A stretch of DNA of 64,000 bases from Trichosphaerium sp. ATCC 40318 (Eukaryota > Protista > Tubulinea): NCBI GenBank assembly GCA_038496445.1, contig JALMLS010000341.1, positions 1-64,000 on the forward strand, in the 5' to 3' direction. Within the stretch, counting starts at the first letter, position 1, and the number at the start of each line of letters is the position of its first letter. The translations under genes were made by a program, and so were the position numbers. Below are positions 1-13,517 of the stretch, piece after piece. Under the pieces are notes generated by a model. The model saw only the letters and a list, made by a program, of their open reading frames with translations. It was not told the DNA's origin and ran no database searches.

Positions 1-381
1 CACAAGAGACGAAAGAACGGTATTGGACCAATTCGATGGATGAGTCCAGAGTCCATGCGAAAGTTGTATGAACCTAAAAGTGATGTAAGTCCAAACGCAC
101 TTCCAACAATATTGTTAATGGTTTCGCAGGTTTGGTCATTTGGAATGGTGATGTATGAGCTCATTTACAGGACAATTCCTTTTGGAGAAGTAGATGATTT
201 GTTCGATCTTGCTGTTCGTATCAGAGATAAAGGATATACACCTGAATTGGATGATCGTGTTCATCAGCAATGGAAGAGTATCATGGAAAACTGCTGGGCA
301 TTTTCTTCTTCTGATAGACCAACTTTCAATAAGTTAAAAACATCCATTAGTAGCGCAACTCAGTTCGTAACTAATGAGTAG
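1..381 (+). CDS. 3' end of a tyrosine-kinase-like protein kinase (5'-partial); inverted paralogue of the kinase at 8828-12800
   Basis: IGPIRWMSPES...YEPKSD|VWSFGMVMYEL...CWAFSSSDRPTF across a GTAAGT..CAG intron (85-130); closely similar to the 8828-9210 exons. Confidence 0.85.
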   Translation, partial: HKRRKNGIGPIRWMSPESMRKLYEPKSDVSPNALPTILLMVSQVWSFGMVMYELIYRTIPFGEVDDLFDLAVRIRDKGYTPELDDRVHQQWKSIMENCWAFSSSDRPTFNKLKTSISSATQFVTNE

Positions 382-463
382 CTTTAACCTGTGGCAGAAT
401 AGTACTTTTACTTTTCTTTTGCTAAGGTACTGTACCTCGTTGCTTATGTTGTAACAGCCCTTA

Positions 464-3081
464 ATGAGCATCACGTGGTACTTGTATGTACTCACTATCG
501 TGTTACTTTTCCCTCAAACGCTTCAGCAACGCTATGTAAATAAAATATCAAAATCAGTGCGAGTATGTTGCCTGTAGCCTTACTACGCTTAAATAACGAT
601 AAAAAAAGGGATTTAAAGAGTCACAAGCTCTAAGTATATACAGCGCTTCTGAAAATCCGCTAGCAGTGCCTCAAGATGTTTTCTCGGCGATGTATGAAGA
701 CAACATAGCGTTATGGGGAGATATGCCAAAGAAAGACGCTTACGTCAATTATATGCGAACACAAACTGGAAATGTTGATAGCGCGAGGTAACTAATCACG
801 TGACATATTAAAAAAAAATTGAGAAATTCCACGTGTAACGAAAAGCTTAAAATTTTTTTAGGTTGCTTTTGGAATTCGGCATGGTTCCTTCTGTGAAAGC
901 TTCGCAGTCTCCACTGCATGTTGCCATTGCAAAGGAGAGTGTTGACACTGTTGAAGAAATCCTTGAACAAAGTACGTGTTTGCAAAATTCACGTGATTAA
1001 TTGTTATTCGAAGGCACAAGTGTAGTTGTTATAGATCAAGCGGAGGATGATGGTGTAACGCCGTTAATATCAGCTGTTATGGTTGGCAACGTTGAGGTTG
1101 TCAAATTACTGCTTGGAGAGGTTCGTCAAATCCCTTGAGGATACGTTTGTTTTAATTTAACTGTAGGGTTCAGATACAGAAGCAACTGCAAGAAATGGTA
1201 TGAACCCTTTATTAGTTGCAGCGTCTATGAATCATGTTGAAGTTATAGAAGCGCTTCTAGGTACTTGCCCACATTACATTATAGGTACTCAATGCAAATG
1301 TAGACTATGGCGCGTATATTGATGCAAGGCATTCATTTGCTGGATCTCACGCTCTTCACTTCGCTGCTGAAATGGATTGCGCTGAAGGTATTAGTAACAT
1401 TAGCTTGTATTGAATGTTGTTTCTTACATTTAGCTAGCAATTAAAGTGCTTTGCGAAAGGGGAGCAGACGTTGAAGCTGAGAAAATTCATGGAGGCACAG
1501 CTCTTCATATTGCAGCTGAATCGAATCACCCTAAGGTTGTAAAAGAATTAATCACAACATGTAAGGCCGATACAGAGAAAAAGCTATTGAATGACACAAC
1601 ACGTACGCTCAAACAAGATCTCTACCTCAATCTTACAACAAAAAAGCATTGTATCTTGCAGCTTCAAAAGGAAATGTTGAGGTTGTAAAAATCCTCTTAG
1701 AACATCAAGCTAATACCGACTTTGTCATGCCAGTTGGTACTACTCTTGTACAACAGAATGGTTTTAATGATATTCGATTCAGGTGTAATGTCACGTGCTG
1801 TTACTGCTCCGAAAGAAAAGGCTAAAAAAAATAGCATGGAAGAGTACTTTGCTTCACTTCATAACCCAGGTTCTAGTCCTTTTAGTAACAGTTTTGAAGC
1901 TGGTAATGGCGCTACTGCACTTCACGCAGCAGTTGAGAATGGTCATATAAAGGTAGTGAAGTTACTGCTTGATCACGGCGCACGGCAATTACAGTCTATG
2001 GAAGGTACAGCCAAATAAAAGTCTATTGTTTTGATCTTCTAACATAGGAGCGACTCCACTTCATATCGCTGCACAGTATAATAGGCCAAAAATTGCAAAA
2101 CTGTTGATTAATAGTGGTGCCCAACTAAATGCACAGAGTACTCGCGATGGATCAACTGCGATACATATGGCTATGAGATCAAGCAAGGCACTCATTGCAT
2201 TTCTTGGTTTTTTCTGATTGTCTATACTAGAGTGTTTTGAAAGTACTATTAGATTCTGGAGCGGATGTGTCTGTCCCAACGTTTGAAGGAGTTACAGCGC
2301 TTCACATGGCATTACATAGATCGCAGGATCAATTGGCGATAAAGTTTATTAAAGCTGGGGCAAACTTGAATGCAATGACATTACAAGGATACACTCCCCT
2401 TCATCTTGCCGTTGAAAGATCCGATCCTGGATTGGTTAAAATGATGCTTTCAAAAGGAGCAGACACTGAAAAGGTAAAGAAAAGCTTAGAATAACAAAGC
2501 AAAGAAGTGAAGACTTCGAATTCATCTCTCATTGTATTGTCTACTAACTTTAAGTCAGAAAACAGAGCAAGGCTTAACGCCTTTAATAATGGCAGTACGA
2601 TCTAATAATCCAAAAACTTTGTTAGTATTGCTCAAGCATGGTGCCAACACCGAAACAAAAATTGGTATGAAAGCAACAGCACTTCATCTTGCTGTTCAAA
2701 AGAAATATGAGAGTATTGTAAGATTGCTTGTTAAGCACAATGCAAACATTAATGCGAGATTGACAACTGGCCAAACACCTCTTTTCATTGCTTCAGAAGA
2801 TGGATTAGTTAATGTCGTCAAGTTGCTTTTGAAGAAGGGAGTGCGAGCTATAGATGTAAGAAATTCAGCAGGACTGACGCCATATATGATGGCAGCAGCA
2901 AACCGTACGCTTAGAGGTGATATAACACGTGTTTACTTACAATATTTCAGGTCACTTCGAAGTTGCTGATCTCTTACTTAAAGCCGGTGCTGATAGAAAT
3001 GCAGTGGATAAAAAGGGACGAACCATTGAAGAATTAATAATGCGAAAAAACATAGTGAAGCGCAATAGTGTCAAAACCTAA
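464..3081 (+). CDS. Multi-exon ankyrin-repeat protein, probably with an N-terminal signal peptide
   Basis: Many G-x-T-P/A-L-H repeats (GVTPLI, GGTALHIAA, GATALHAAV, GYTPLHLAV, GQTPLFIAS) joined by short GT-AG introns and one GC-AG intron (2188-2230). Putative exon 1 is MSITWYLYVLTIVLLFPQTLQ, whose splice is uncertain. Stop TAA 3079-3081. Confidence 0.85.
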
Positions 3082-3122
3082 TAATCTATTTACTGTTCAC
3101 ATTTTTGTGGTTTGTTATCTTT

Positions 3123-5354
3123 CTATCTCCACAATAGTTCTATGGCGAGCACACAAACCAATAAAATAAAATGTACACCTAGAGCTGTTAAATACATTAC
3201 GTTATATACACGTACCAACAGTCGAACAAGAAGACGGTGGACCTTTTGTTGGCGCGGTAGTAGATATCGGCGGTACAGTCATCGGTGACATAGTAGCAGG
3301 TGAAAGCGTTGTTGGAGATACAGTATTTTGAGAACCAGTTGGAGGTATTGTACCTGCACATGTGTAAATAAACCATAGGTGTTGAAAGACGTACAATTTA
3401 AGCTCAATGGGAAGATATCATTTTGTGGAAAGTAACATCCTTCGTCTGGACTTCGACATTCGTTTGCTGTACACGAATTTGTGTCGTCGCATCTAGCATT
3501 CTGACATGTACATTCTTGATTGCACGTGCATTCTGCTTTGCATGCTGGGCCACACAAACTTCGTACTTCTGTTCCTGTGTAGTGTTAACCAAACGGTGAA
3601 TGGTATTCTTCGTTACCTTGACATAATTCACTTTTAAAGGCCCGTAAAACACTTGATATAATGCTAATACGTGCAATGTTAATGTTGAAAGAAAATGGTA
3701 ACACTTTATTAATTCCAATTCCGATTGTCAGTGAGTAAAGTGCAAATCCCTATTTTTTTCTCAATAAATAAAATTGTGTTGCTTTGATACCTCAGATTCG
3801 AGAGTGTTTGTGATATTGTCATTTAAATCAAATTCAGCACATTTGGGACCACGATATTGATTGACAATCATCACTTTTTTATTTCGTCCATTTCTACCAT
3901 ATGTATTGAAATGATCACGTGCAACCGAAAGACCTTGAAATACAAATATTAGATTCAACAACTTGGTTGAAATAACAAATCTACCTGTTGTAACATCGTC
4001 ACATCCTCCCAGTGAGTTGATAGTACGAATGTTGTTGAGTTGTTCAAGAAAGTAAGATTTGGAGTGGCTCCCCAAAGGCAATACAACTTGAGCTGTATCT
4101 CGATACAACGTGATACCAGTACGATATCCATACTCTCCAAGTTTGAGTGGAGTGATCACATCAATGATAAATTGAAAGTACAAGTCCCAGTTTAAGTGTG
4201 TGCAACACTCTTCGAATGATGATCTATTGAAATAACCATATCCACCGCTAGGCCCTTGACTACACTCGGATGCTAATGTATTTTTGTTAGGTAACAAATA
4301 AATAAGGCTCTATTTATAACTTCTGTACCACACGTCAAAGTGTGTAAGACATTTTGAGAAGCACCAACAACTACAAAGCGTAAACACACTTGTGGAGATG
4401 AATAAGTTAAAAGTTGTAAGAACTGACCAAACATCAAATCTGTTGTATCAACGCAAAGGGCATCAGTACAATTATCCAGTACTGGAAGGCTTCGGGATGT
4501 TGGACTCCCAATATCAACAATAACATCATCAGAAAATACAATCCTATTTTCAAAAAAATGAGTGACAACGAGACTAACACTTTATAATGCAATACGCTTC
4601 TCCTTACCTGGCTAGTTCCGTTGTTCCTTCAATGTAGTACAACTCTACAACATCTAAAAATGTACCAAATACACTTAGATCCCGTTCTCTTTGGAACCGA
4701 GTCCTTTAATAAGCAACAATTAGCATCACAATAATCCAAAATACCAAACTGTTGTACGTATTTACAACCATTTGAGAAGGTAATGTTGATCGATGCTTGA
4801 TTGTCACGTGGTGCGTTTCTTCTTTGTCAAGCCATGACATGGCATCAAATGGGTTCTCACTCAGACCGATATTGTCTTTCACACGTCTGAGGCATTGAGT
4901 TTCGCATGCTGTGTACTGTACAAGCGACCTCTAAGAACGATTAAAATAGAAGTTGTAATAAATAGTCGACATGCCGAAGAAGATGACCAGTTTTCTCCAA
5001 AGTACTTCTCAGGACTTTCTCTATTGAAGTAGACGTCTGTAGTTTCGATAGTATCATTTTGACTAAACACGTGATACCCAAAAGATCCATATCGTACAGC
5101 CTTGAACGTACGTGTCATTTGGTCAACGTTTAATGGATATTTAAAGCGCGCCGTAAAACTGTACGTACAATACTTGTATTTTTTCCATACATAACGGCTT
5201 CTGTGTCAAGATCATAGCTTGATGCGTCTACCATGAACTGTAACAATACTGACAATATTATTATTTGTAAGGCACCTAATCAGCGGTATGTTATACTCAA
5301 CAGGGGTACAATCGTGGATGTTCTACTTATACACAACGTACGTATCGAATACAT
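3123..5354 (-). CDS. Surface protein, copy 1: signal peptide, unknown N-domain, vWA-like domain, Dictyostelium-type Cys repeat, Thr/Pro stalk, GPI-like tail; no kinase
   Basis: Spliced start MYSIR-ALQIIILSVLLQF; vWA core VITPLKLGEYGYRTGITLY; CDDTNSCTANEC repeat; final exon ALGVHFILLVCVLAIELLWR*. Confidence 0.75.
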
Positions 5355-5714
5355 GTGAACAATCTTTTTTATTGCAAGTTTTGCAGGGTACACAAAAAAT
5401 ACTGCAAAAAAAATGCAAATCTGAGTAAAAAGATGTGCTTTCAAACCTTGCTCGCTTTATTTATCTATTTAATTATCAATTCAAAATAATTTGAATGCGG
5501 ATTAAGTCACCAAAACTAGGGAAAAAAACGGTTTGTTCGTTCAATCTACTCAAGTTGGAAGATGGTTTATTAATACTTTAGGAGAGGAGTGAGAACAATG
5601 AATGTAAAATTGCTAGGCTGACGCCATACCAGTAGCAAATAACATGCATACTAGTTCTTGAAGTTGTTGATCACCACGATATTTTTTATTTACTGTAAAC
5701 ATTTTATTGTTTTC

Positions 5715-8527
5715 TTATCTCCATAATAGTTCTATTGCAAGTGCACTAATCGCTATAATAACATGCATTTCTAAATCTGTTACTAAGGGTGTACTGTTAG
5801 AAACACGTACCAATAGCTGAACAAGACGATCGTGGACCATTCGTTGGTGCCGTAGTAGGTGTTGGCTGTACAGTAATAGGTGGTATAGTATCTGGAGAAA
5901 GAGTTGTAGGGGTTGTAGGTATTGTTGTAGGCGCAAGAGTTGTTGGAGGCATTGTAGTTGGTACCAGAGGCAATATAGGCTCGAAACAACTTGGATCAGG
6001 TTCATAGATGCATTCTGGATTGTAGAAAGTTTGATTTGGAGCTTCAGGAATTTGAAATGGAGCCAAGTGCCAACTTGTTAGACTTGAATCATATATAATA
6101 CACGGAGGTGTCCGTGATGAGCAAATCTAAAAATTCTTAACCTTTTTTTTACAAGAAAATTCACGAATGACGTACATCTGAGAGTTGAACAGATACACAA
6201 CCAAAAACAAATTCTTTGCTAGGATCACAATATTGTAAGACAAAGGAGTCTCCTTCTTCACAAATAAATGCAGGTGATCCAGGAACTCTTTTTTCGGTAA
6301 TACACGTGCCAGTTGTAACATCGCAGTAAGATATGTTGCATAAATCAGAAGATACACAATTAGGGGAGCATGGTATTTCGGTATTGGGAATACACTCTTC
6401 TCCATTCTCATAGAAACATTGCAACGGCGCTAAAATTTTCAGATAGTAGAAGTAAGTTTAAACATACGTGCTCTACAAAATGTTCTAGCAGAAGCGTTTG
6501 TTCTTTCAGGATTGCAAAAAGAAGGTGAACCGCCTGCGCATGATTGTTAAAAAACCACAGGGTTGCAAAGACGTACAATGTACGCTTATTGGAATAACAA
6601 TGTTTGGGAAGATTTCATTTGGTGGGTAATGACATCCTTCGTCTGGACTTCGGCATTTGTTTGCTGTACAAGGGTTTGCATCATCGCATCCGGCATTATA
6701 ACATGTACATTCTTGATTGCACGTGCATTCTGCTTTGCACGATGAGCCACACAAACTTCGTACTTCTAAACAAGGTATTTGCTAAAGGTGAATGATATTC
6801 TTTGTTACCTTGACACAGTTCACTGTTAAAGGCCCGTAAAACACTTGATATAATGCCAATGCCTGCGATTCTGATGTTGAAAGAAATTGGTAACACATCC
6901 GCAGATGTTCCGATTGTCAGCGAGTAAAGTGCAAATCCCTATTTTTTCTCAATAAATAAAATTGTTGCTTTGGATACCTCAGATTCGAGAGTGTTTGTAA
7001 TACTGTCATTTAAATCAAATTCAGCACATTTGGGACCACGATATTGATTGACAATCATTACTTTTTTATTTCGTCCATTTCTACCATATGTATTGAAATG
7101 ATCACGTGCAACCGAAAGACCTTGAAATACAAATATTAGATTCAACTTGGTTGAAATAACAAATCTACCTGTTGTAACATCATCACATCCTCCCAGTAAG
7201 TTGACAGTACGAATGTTGTTGAGTTGTTCAAGAAAGTAAGATTTGGAGTGGCTCCCCAAAGGCAATACAACTTGAGCTGTATCTCGATACAACGTGATAC
7301 CAGTACGATATCCATACTCTCCAAGTTTGAGTGGAGTGATCACATCAATGATAAATTGAAAGTACAAGTCCCAGTTTAAGTGCGTGCAACACTCTTCGAA
7401 TGATGCTCTGTTGAAATAACCATATCCACCGCTAGGTCCTTGAAGACACTCACGTGCTATTTTATTTCATTTAAGTAACAAATAAATAAGGCTCTGTTTA
7501 TACCTGCTGTACCACACGTCCAAGTGTGTAAGACATTTTGAGAGGCACCAACAACTACAAAGCGTAAACACACTTGTGGAGATGAATAAGTTAAAAGTTG
7601 TAAGAACTGACCAAACATCAAATCGGTTGTACCAACGCAAAGGGCATCAGTACAATTATCCATTACTGGAAGGTTGCTGGATGTTGGACTCCCAATATCA
7701 ACAATAACATCATCAGAAAATACAATCCTATTTAAAAAAGTGAATCACGTTACATTTAGCTTCTCCTTACCTGGCTAGTTCCGTTGTTCCTTCAATGTAG
7801 TACAACTCTACAACATCTAAAAATGTACCAAATACACTTAGATCCCGTTCTCTTTGGAACCGAGTCCTTTAATAAGCAACAATTAGCATCACAATAATCC
7901 AAAATACCAAACTGTTGTACGTATTTACAACCATTTGAGAAGGTAATGTTGATCGATGCTTGATTGTCACGTGGTGCGTTTCTTCTTTGTCAAGCCATGA
8001 CATGGCATCAAATGGGTTCTCACTCAGACCGATATTGTCTTTCACACGTCTGAGGCATTGAGTTTCGCATGCTGTGTACTGTACAAGCGACCTCTAAGAA
8101 CGATTAAAATAGAAGTTGTAATAAATAGTCGACATGCCGAAGAAGATGACCAGTTTTCTCCAAAGTACTTCTCAGGACTTTCTCTATTGAAGTAGACGTC
8201 TGCAGTTTCGATAATGTCATTTTGACTAAACACGTAATAGCCAAAAGATCCATATTGTACAGCCTTGAAAGCACGTGTCAGTTGGTCAACGTTGTCAACG
8301 TTTAATGGATATTTAAAGTGCACCCGTAAAACTGTACGTACAATACTTGTATTTTTTCCATACATAACGGCTTCTGCGTCAAGATCATAGCTTGATGCGT
8401 CTACCATGAACTGTAACAGGACTGACAGTATTATTATTTGTAAGGCACCTAATCAGCGGTATGTTATACTCAACAGGGGTACAATCGTGGATGTTCTACT
8501 TATACACAACGTACGTATCGAATACAT
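5715..8527 (-). CDS. Surface protein, copy 2: same ectodomain plus an extra Cys-rich module, Thr/Pro stalk, GPI-like tail; no kinase
   Basis: Near-identical to copy 1 at the 5' end; CDDANPCTANKC repeat; ends SSCSAI-DLEMHVIIAISALAIELLWR*. Confidence 0.75.
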
Positions 8528-8636
8528 GTAAACAATCTGTTTTATTGCAAGTTTTACACGCTCTTTTAGTGCACAAAAACCAACGGAAAACAACTTTGCT
8601 ATTCAAAGAACGGTGACAGCAGTTGACTAAAGACTC

Positions 8637-8756
8637 ATGACGGATTCAAAAGCTGGTATACTATCGATAATCCCTGTGAGATGAGCGCGTGAACAGTTCC
8701 TAGTAGCTTAAGTTATACGTATTTGTGCTGATTGTCGTTTAGCGGTCAGCTTATCC
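8637..8756. promoter_or_regulatory. Conserved ~120-bp non-coding element upstream of receptor-family copy 2
   Basis: Blocks ATGACGGATTCAAAAGCT..GATAATCC..TGTGAGATGAGCG..GTGAACAGTTC and TGATTGTCGTTTAGCGGTCAGCTTATCC recur at 12975-13098. Confidence 0.6.
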
Positions 8757-8827
8757 ATACAATACTAGTGGCAAGGCAAAGCTCAATTTCAAAAGATGAG
8801 CATTTATAATAATGTAACTAAACTGTT

Positions 8828-11800
8828 TTATTCTGTTCTTTCATTCGTGATAATTGGTTTTGAGCTCTCCTTTGCGTTATTTATATCAATCTCTAAATCC
8901 TTGAAGCTTGGCCTATCAGAACAAGAAAACGCCCAACATTGTGACATAATATGTTGCCAATGAGGGTGGACTAGATCACCGACCCCAGGTGTATATCCTT
9001 CTTCTCTGATCCGCATTGCAAGATCAAACAAGTCTGGTACTTGTCCAAATGGTCTTGTCTTGTAAAGAAGCTCCCACATTAGCATTCCAAATGACCACAC
9101 CTAAGTAGTTTGTTTTCTCAATACAAGCTCAATATGTATTTAACTTACATCGCTTTTAGGTTCATACAACCTTTTTATTGACTCAGGACTCATCCATCTA
9201 ATTGGTCCAAAGTTTGTTTTTGTTTTTTTAGCTGATCCTGAAAGTGTTGTTTTTCTGAACTTGATAAGAAGGCAAAGGTGATCAAGAATGTTTTTTATTG
9301 AGTACCTTGACATTCCAAAATCGCTTATTTTGATAACATCGTCTTCTGATATCTATCATTGCACTGTCAATCATGTATCAAAAAACAGAACACTACGTAC
9401 CAATACATTTCTACAGGCAAGATCTCTACAAACAATATTTAATTAGTTTCATAATGACAAGCTGCTAAACATACCGATGTATGATCATATTTTGATGAAG
9501 AAAAGTCATCCCTGATGCGATTGAACTTAAAAACGTTTTGATTTCGTTGAATTTAAAATCATCGTTTTTGCTCTCGTACAAATCTTCCAGCGATCCATTT
9601 GCCATAAACTCCAATACCAACATTGGCTTAGCATCAGCGATACAAAGACCAACAGTACCAACAATATTCGGATGAGGATCGAGACTCATATTTACTTCAA
9701 CCTGTGAACAATAGTTAGTAATAACATAGACTATCTGTCTCACCTCTCGTAAAAAGTTTTGATTTGCTTCAGGGCCAAGATTTGATATCTTGACTGCAAC
9801 ATCTATTCCTTTGTATTTGGCTTTCATAACAGATCCAAAACTACCCTCACCTTAACAACAAGGAAGTAAGCTACAAGAAAATTGAGTTTGAAATTGTTAC
9901 CAAGTTTTTCACCAAACACCAAATTCTTATACTTGAGCATGTACGTCACCAAACTATCTCGTTGTATCATTTTTAAGTCTGCACTACCATCTGACATATC
10001 TCCATAATGACCACTTAACTCTCTACCCACGGTGGCACCATCACCTGCATCCATTTTTTTCTTTAAAACACAGCAACAAAAATACACAACAATAGCATTA
10101 ATGATTACGGTAACAACTACAAAGATCATAACAAGCATTGATATCACCACTGTGGAATGTTAATTCATTACACTAAAAATGTGACTTACAAACATTTGAT
10201 GGTACAGATCTAGACTCTCCAATTGGAAAAGGTGCCCCACTTGATCTTTTCGGAGGTAATGTAAATATTGAATATATTGGTGCAAGGATGACTGTCGGAG
10301 CAAAACAACTTGGATCAGGTTCGTAGAGACATTCTGGATTGTAGAAAGTTTGATTTGGAGCTTCAGGAATTTGAAATGGAGCCAAGTGCCAACTTGTTAT
10401 GTTCGGGTTGTATATCATACAAACAGGTACCTTTGTCTCACAAATCTATGTAAGACATTAACACTTAACCAAACTAACATCATACCCTTGATATCTCAAC
10501 TGATGCGCATGCAGTACTGTCCAGCAGAGTTAGTGTGGAATCACAATATTCAATAACTTTAGAATCGCCTTCTAAACAGCCAAATGCAAATGATCCGGGT
10601 TCTCTCTTTTCAACAACGCACATACCAGTAGCTTTATCACAATACGAGGGGTTGCAAACTTCTGGAGATATACAACTACCAGTACATGTCTTATTTGACT
10701 CCAAACAGTTTTCATTTGTATAGCTACAGCTCGTTGTGCCTACAACTTTTGTCAAGTAAACGCACAAAACGGGTGTTATTCTGTACCGTTAGGGTGTGCA
10801 AAACACTCAGAAAAGACTAAATTGTTTGTGGGTTCTGTACTACACAATGCCAGTGAATTACCTAAGATAATCAGTTACGTGAAGATACAAGAAATAGTTG
10901 GAGTACATTGTACTTTAACATCATCAACTGCGTTTATGAGTGCCGCATTTGGTCTATGAGCGCATCCTTCTTCTGGACTACGACATGTACTTTGTGTACA
11001 AGGGTTGGCGTCATCACATCTAACATTTTCACATGTGCACTCTTGCTTGTATGTGCATTCTGCTTTGCACATTGGACCACAAAAACTCCGTTTTTCTACT
11101 TCTTGTTAGTAACGCTTGATTACATTAATTCATTTAGGACTGTACCTGGGCACATTTGAGGTAAAATACTAAAGCTTAGGGTTGATGGTAACTGAATTAT
11201 GTCATCTATATTTAGGGTGTACGGAAATAACAAATTAAACTCAGCTCCTATTTCAATAGATATAGTTGTAAACTCCTTTTTAAAGTTTTTAGTACTAATG
11301 CTAGACTACTTTTTTGTACCTGAGTTCCGAGAGCAGATGTTATATTACTCTTTGGGTCATAAATACCGCATAACGGACCGCGATTTAGATTGACAATCAA
11401 TATTTTTTTATTTCGTCCATTTCTTCCATATTTATCGAAATGATCACGTGCAACTGAAAGACCTTTGAAGAAGTTTAAGCGTGAAATAATAATAAGTGAA
11501 AATACCTGCTATAGCATTTCCACACCGTTCCATTGAGTTGACAGTACGAATGTTGTTGAGTTGTTCAAGAAAGTAAGATTTGGAGTGGCTCCCCAAAGGC
11601 AATACAACTTGAGCTGTATCTCGATACAACGTTATACCAGTACGGTATCCATACTCTCCAAGTTTGAGTGGAGTGATCACATCAATCATAAATTGAAAAT
11701 ATGAATCCCAAATCAAATGAGTGCAACATTCGGTAAATGATTCTCTGTTAAAAGAACCATACCCATTAGTTCTTTGAGCACATTCCGCTTTGTGTAAAGT

Positions 11801-12800
11801 TAACAGAATAGAACACAATATACAATTCTATTATGTGCCTCTATCGTTGCAAGTGACATTAATCTGCACATTTTCGGAGGCGTCAACAACTATCAACATA
11901 CATGAGTAAATTGAACGGACTGCAAACAACTGACCAAACATCAAATCAGCAGCATCAACACAAAGAGCATCAGTACAATTATCTGGAATCGTAGGAGGAT
12001 CATATTCATACGCATAAGCACCAAAGTGAGTGTCAATGATAACCCCATCAGAGAAAACGATCCTAGAGTCTAAATAAACTTGGATAAATCTTTTATTATT
12101 ATTCTCGCCTTGCTAGATCCGTCGTTCCTTCAACAAAGTACAATTCTTGAACATCAAAAAATGTTCCTAATGCACGTTGAGGAGGTTGTCTACGATATCG
12201 AGTCCTTGATAACCAATTAGATATTGGATATCTACCTTCATAGTACGTATTAACAAGAGGTACTATAGCTTCATTAAATCGATGTCTAATGGCTACGCCA
12301 TGCTTCTCTTCTTTTTCAATCCATGTACTGATAGTGAAAGGGCTTTCTGTCATGTTCATTCTTTTTGAAAGCAATCTTTGTAAACACTTGTTTTCCCAAG
12401 TTTTTGTTTGAATCACTTGTTTACCTGGCACCTTGGAAAACTAAATAGCGTTTGTTTTACGCTGTATTAATATAATACGTACCTTGGTATCACGTGACCA
12501 ATTTTCCACAGTCGCTTGTGAGGCCCTTATGAAAGAAACTTCCGCATCAACTACACCTAAATTGGAAGACCACAGTACTCTATATCCAAACTCTCCGTAT
12601 TGTAGGGGCTATAAGAATGCTCAATGACTAATTATTATTTAAACAAATCGTACAATGCTTGAAGTATTATCAAACATCACCGCTGACCCTTGTCGCTCAT
12701 AAATACCCGCAGCGGCACTCTGCCCGTTAACAAACACAATAGCTAATGAAGTTAAAAACAACCTGTAAATGACATTCGGCTTGTTTAATAGTGCTAGCAT
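8828..12800 (-). CDS. Receptor tyrosine-kinase-like protein: signal peptide, vWA-like and Cys-rich ectodomain, TM helix, kinase domain
   Basis: Start MLALLNKPNVIYRLFLTSLAIVFVNG; TM ISMLVMIFVVVTVIINAIVVYFCCC; GEGSFG, VAVK, HRDLACRNVL, DFGMS, GPIRWMSPES, SDVWSFG motifs after splicing. Confidence 0.88.
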
Positions 12801-12974
12801 TGTGAAGATATTCGTTGATTGTCAGGTATACCACGTGCGACTATTTGAGTTAAAAAAATATTGGTTGGCTAGTTTGAACTAGCGTGTAACCTCGTGGCAA
12901 TTTATACGATAGAATACTACTAGGAGCCGAAAACCACTACAACTGAATTGGTTTTAGTTTTAATTGTGAAATCG

Positions 12975-13098
12975 ATGACGGATTCAAAAGCTAGTACACT
13001 ATTGATAATCCATGTGAGATGAGCGTGAACAGTTCGTATGTGGAAAGTAAGTTGCGTACGCATTTGGTGGTGATTGTCGTTTAGCGGTCAGCTTATCC
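12975..13098. promoter_or_regulatory. Second copy of the conserved element, upstream of the receptor kinase
   Basis: Direct repeat of 8637-8756 with a variable middle. Confidence 0.6.
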
Positions 13099-13517
13099 GT
13101 AAAATAAGCTAGTGTCTAGCCAAAGTATATCCAGACGTAGCTACCACACTTACCGTTAGGTGGTCCTGTATGAACAAAGAAAAGGCACCACCTGCAGTGG
13201 CATGGTGTTCAAAATTTAGAGCATTTCAGGCTCTGTACATGCCTAGACTGAATCATTTTTACTTTATAGTTACGCTCACCTTTTCATAACCTCACAGATC
13301 AAAAGCCAACTAGGTTTCGAATGACGTTGCTATAATTGGAAAAATAGGAAATCACATTTACCACGCAACAGCCATACAAACGTATTATCACGTGAGATTT
13401 ATCTGACTCGCAACATTAGCATTCCTACAGCAACCAAACGATTAGCTTCAAGGGCTTAAGAATATCGTATCAAGCACTTTGAAACGATACCTTAAGTGGA
13501 TAGCCTTGCTACCAGTG

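Noticed and set aside
5100-5170. Apparent frameshift in receptor copy 1 relative to copy 2
   Set aside because: Lies inside a phase-0 GTACGT..AAG intron that is also present in the kinase gene
8637-8756. U3 or other box C/D snoRNA assignment for the conserved element
   Set aside because: Only loose box resemblance; the D-box-like CTGA is not conserved between copies
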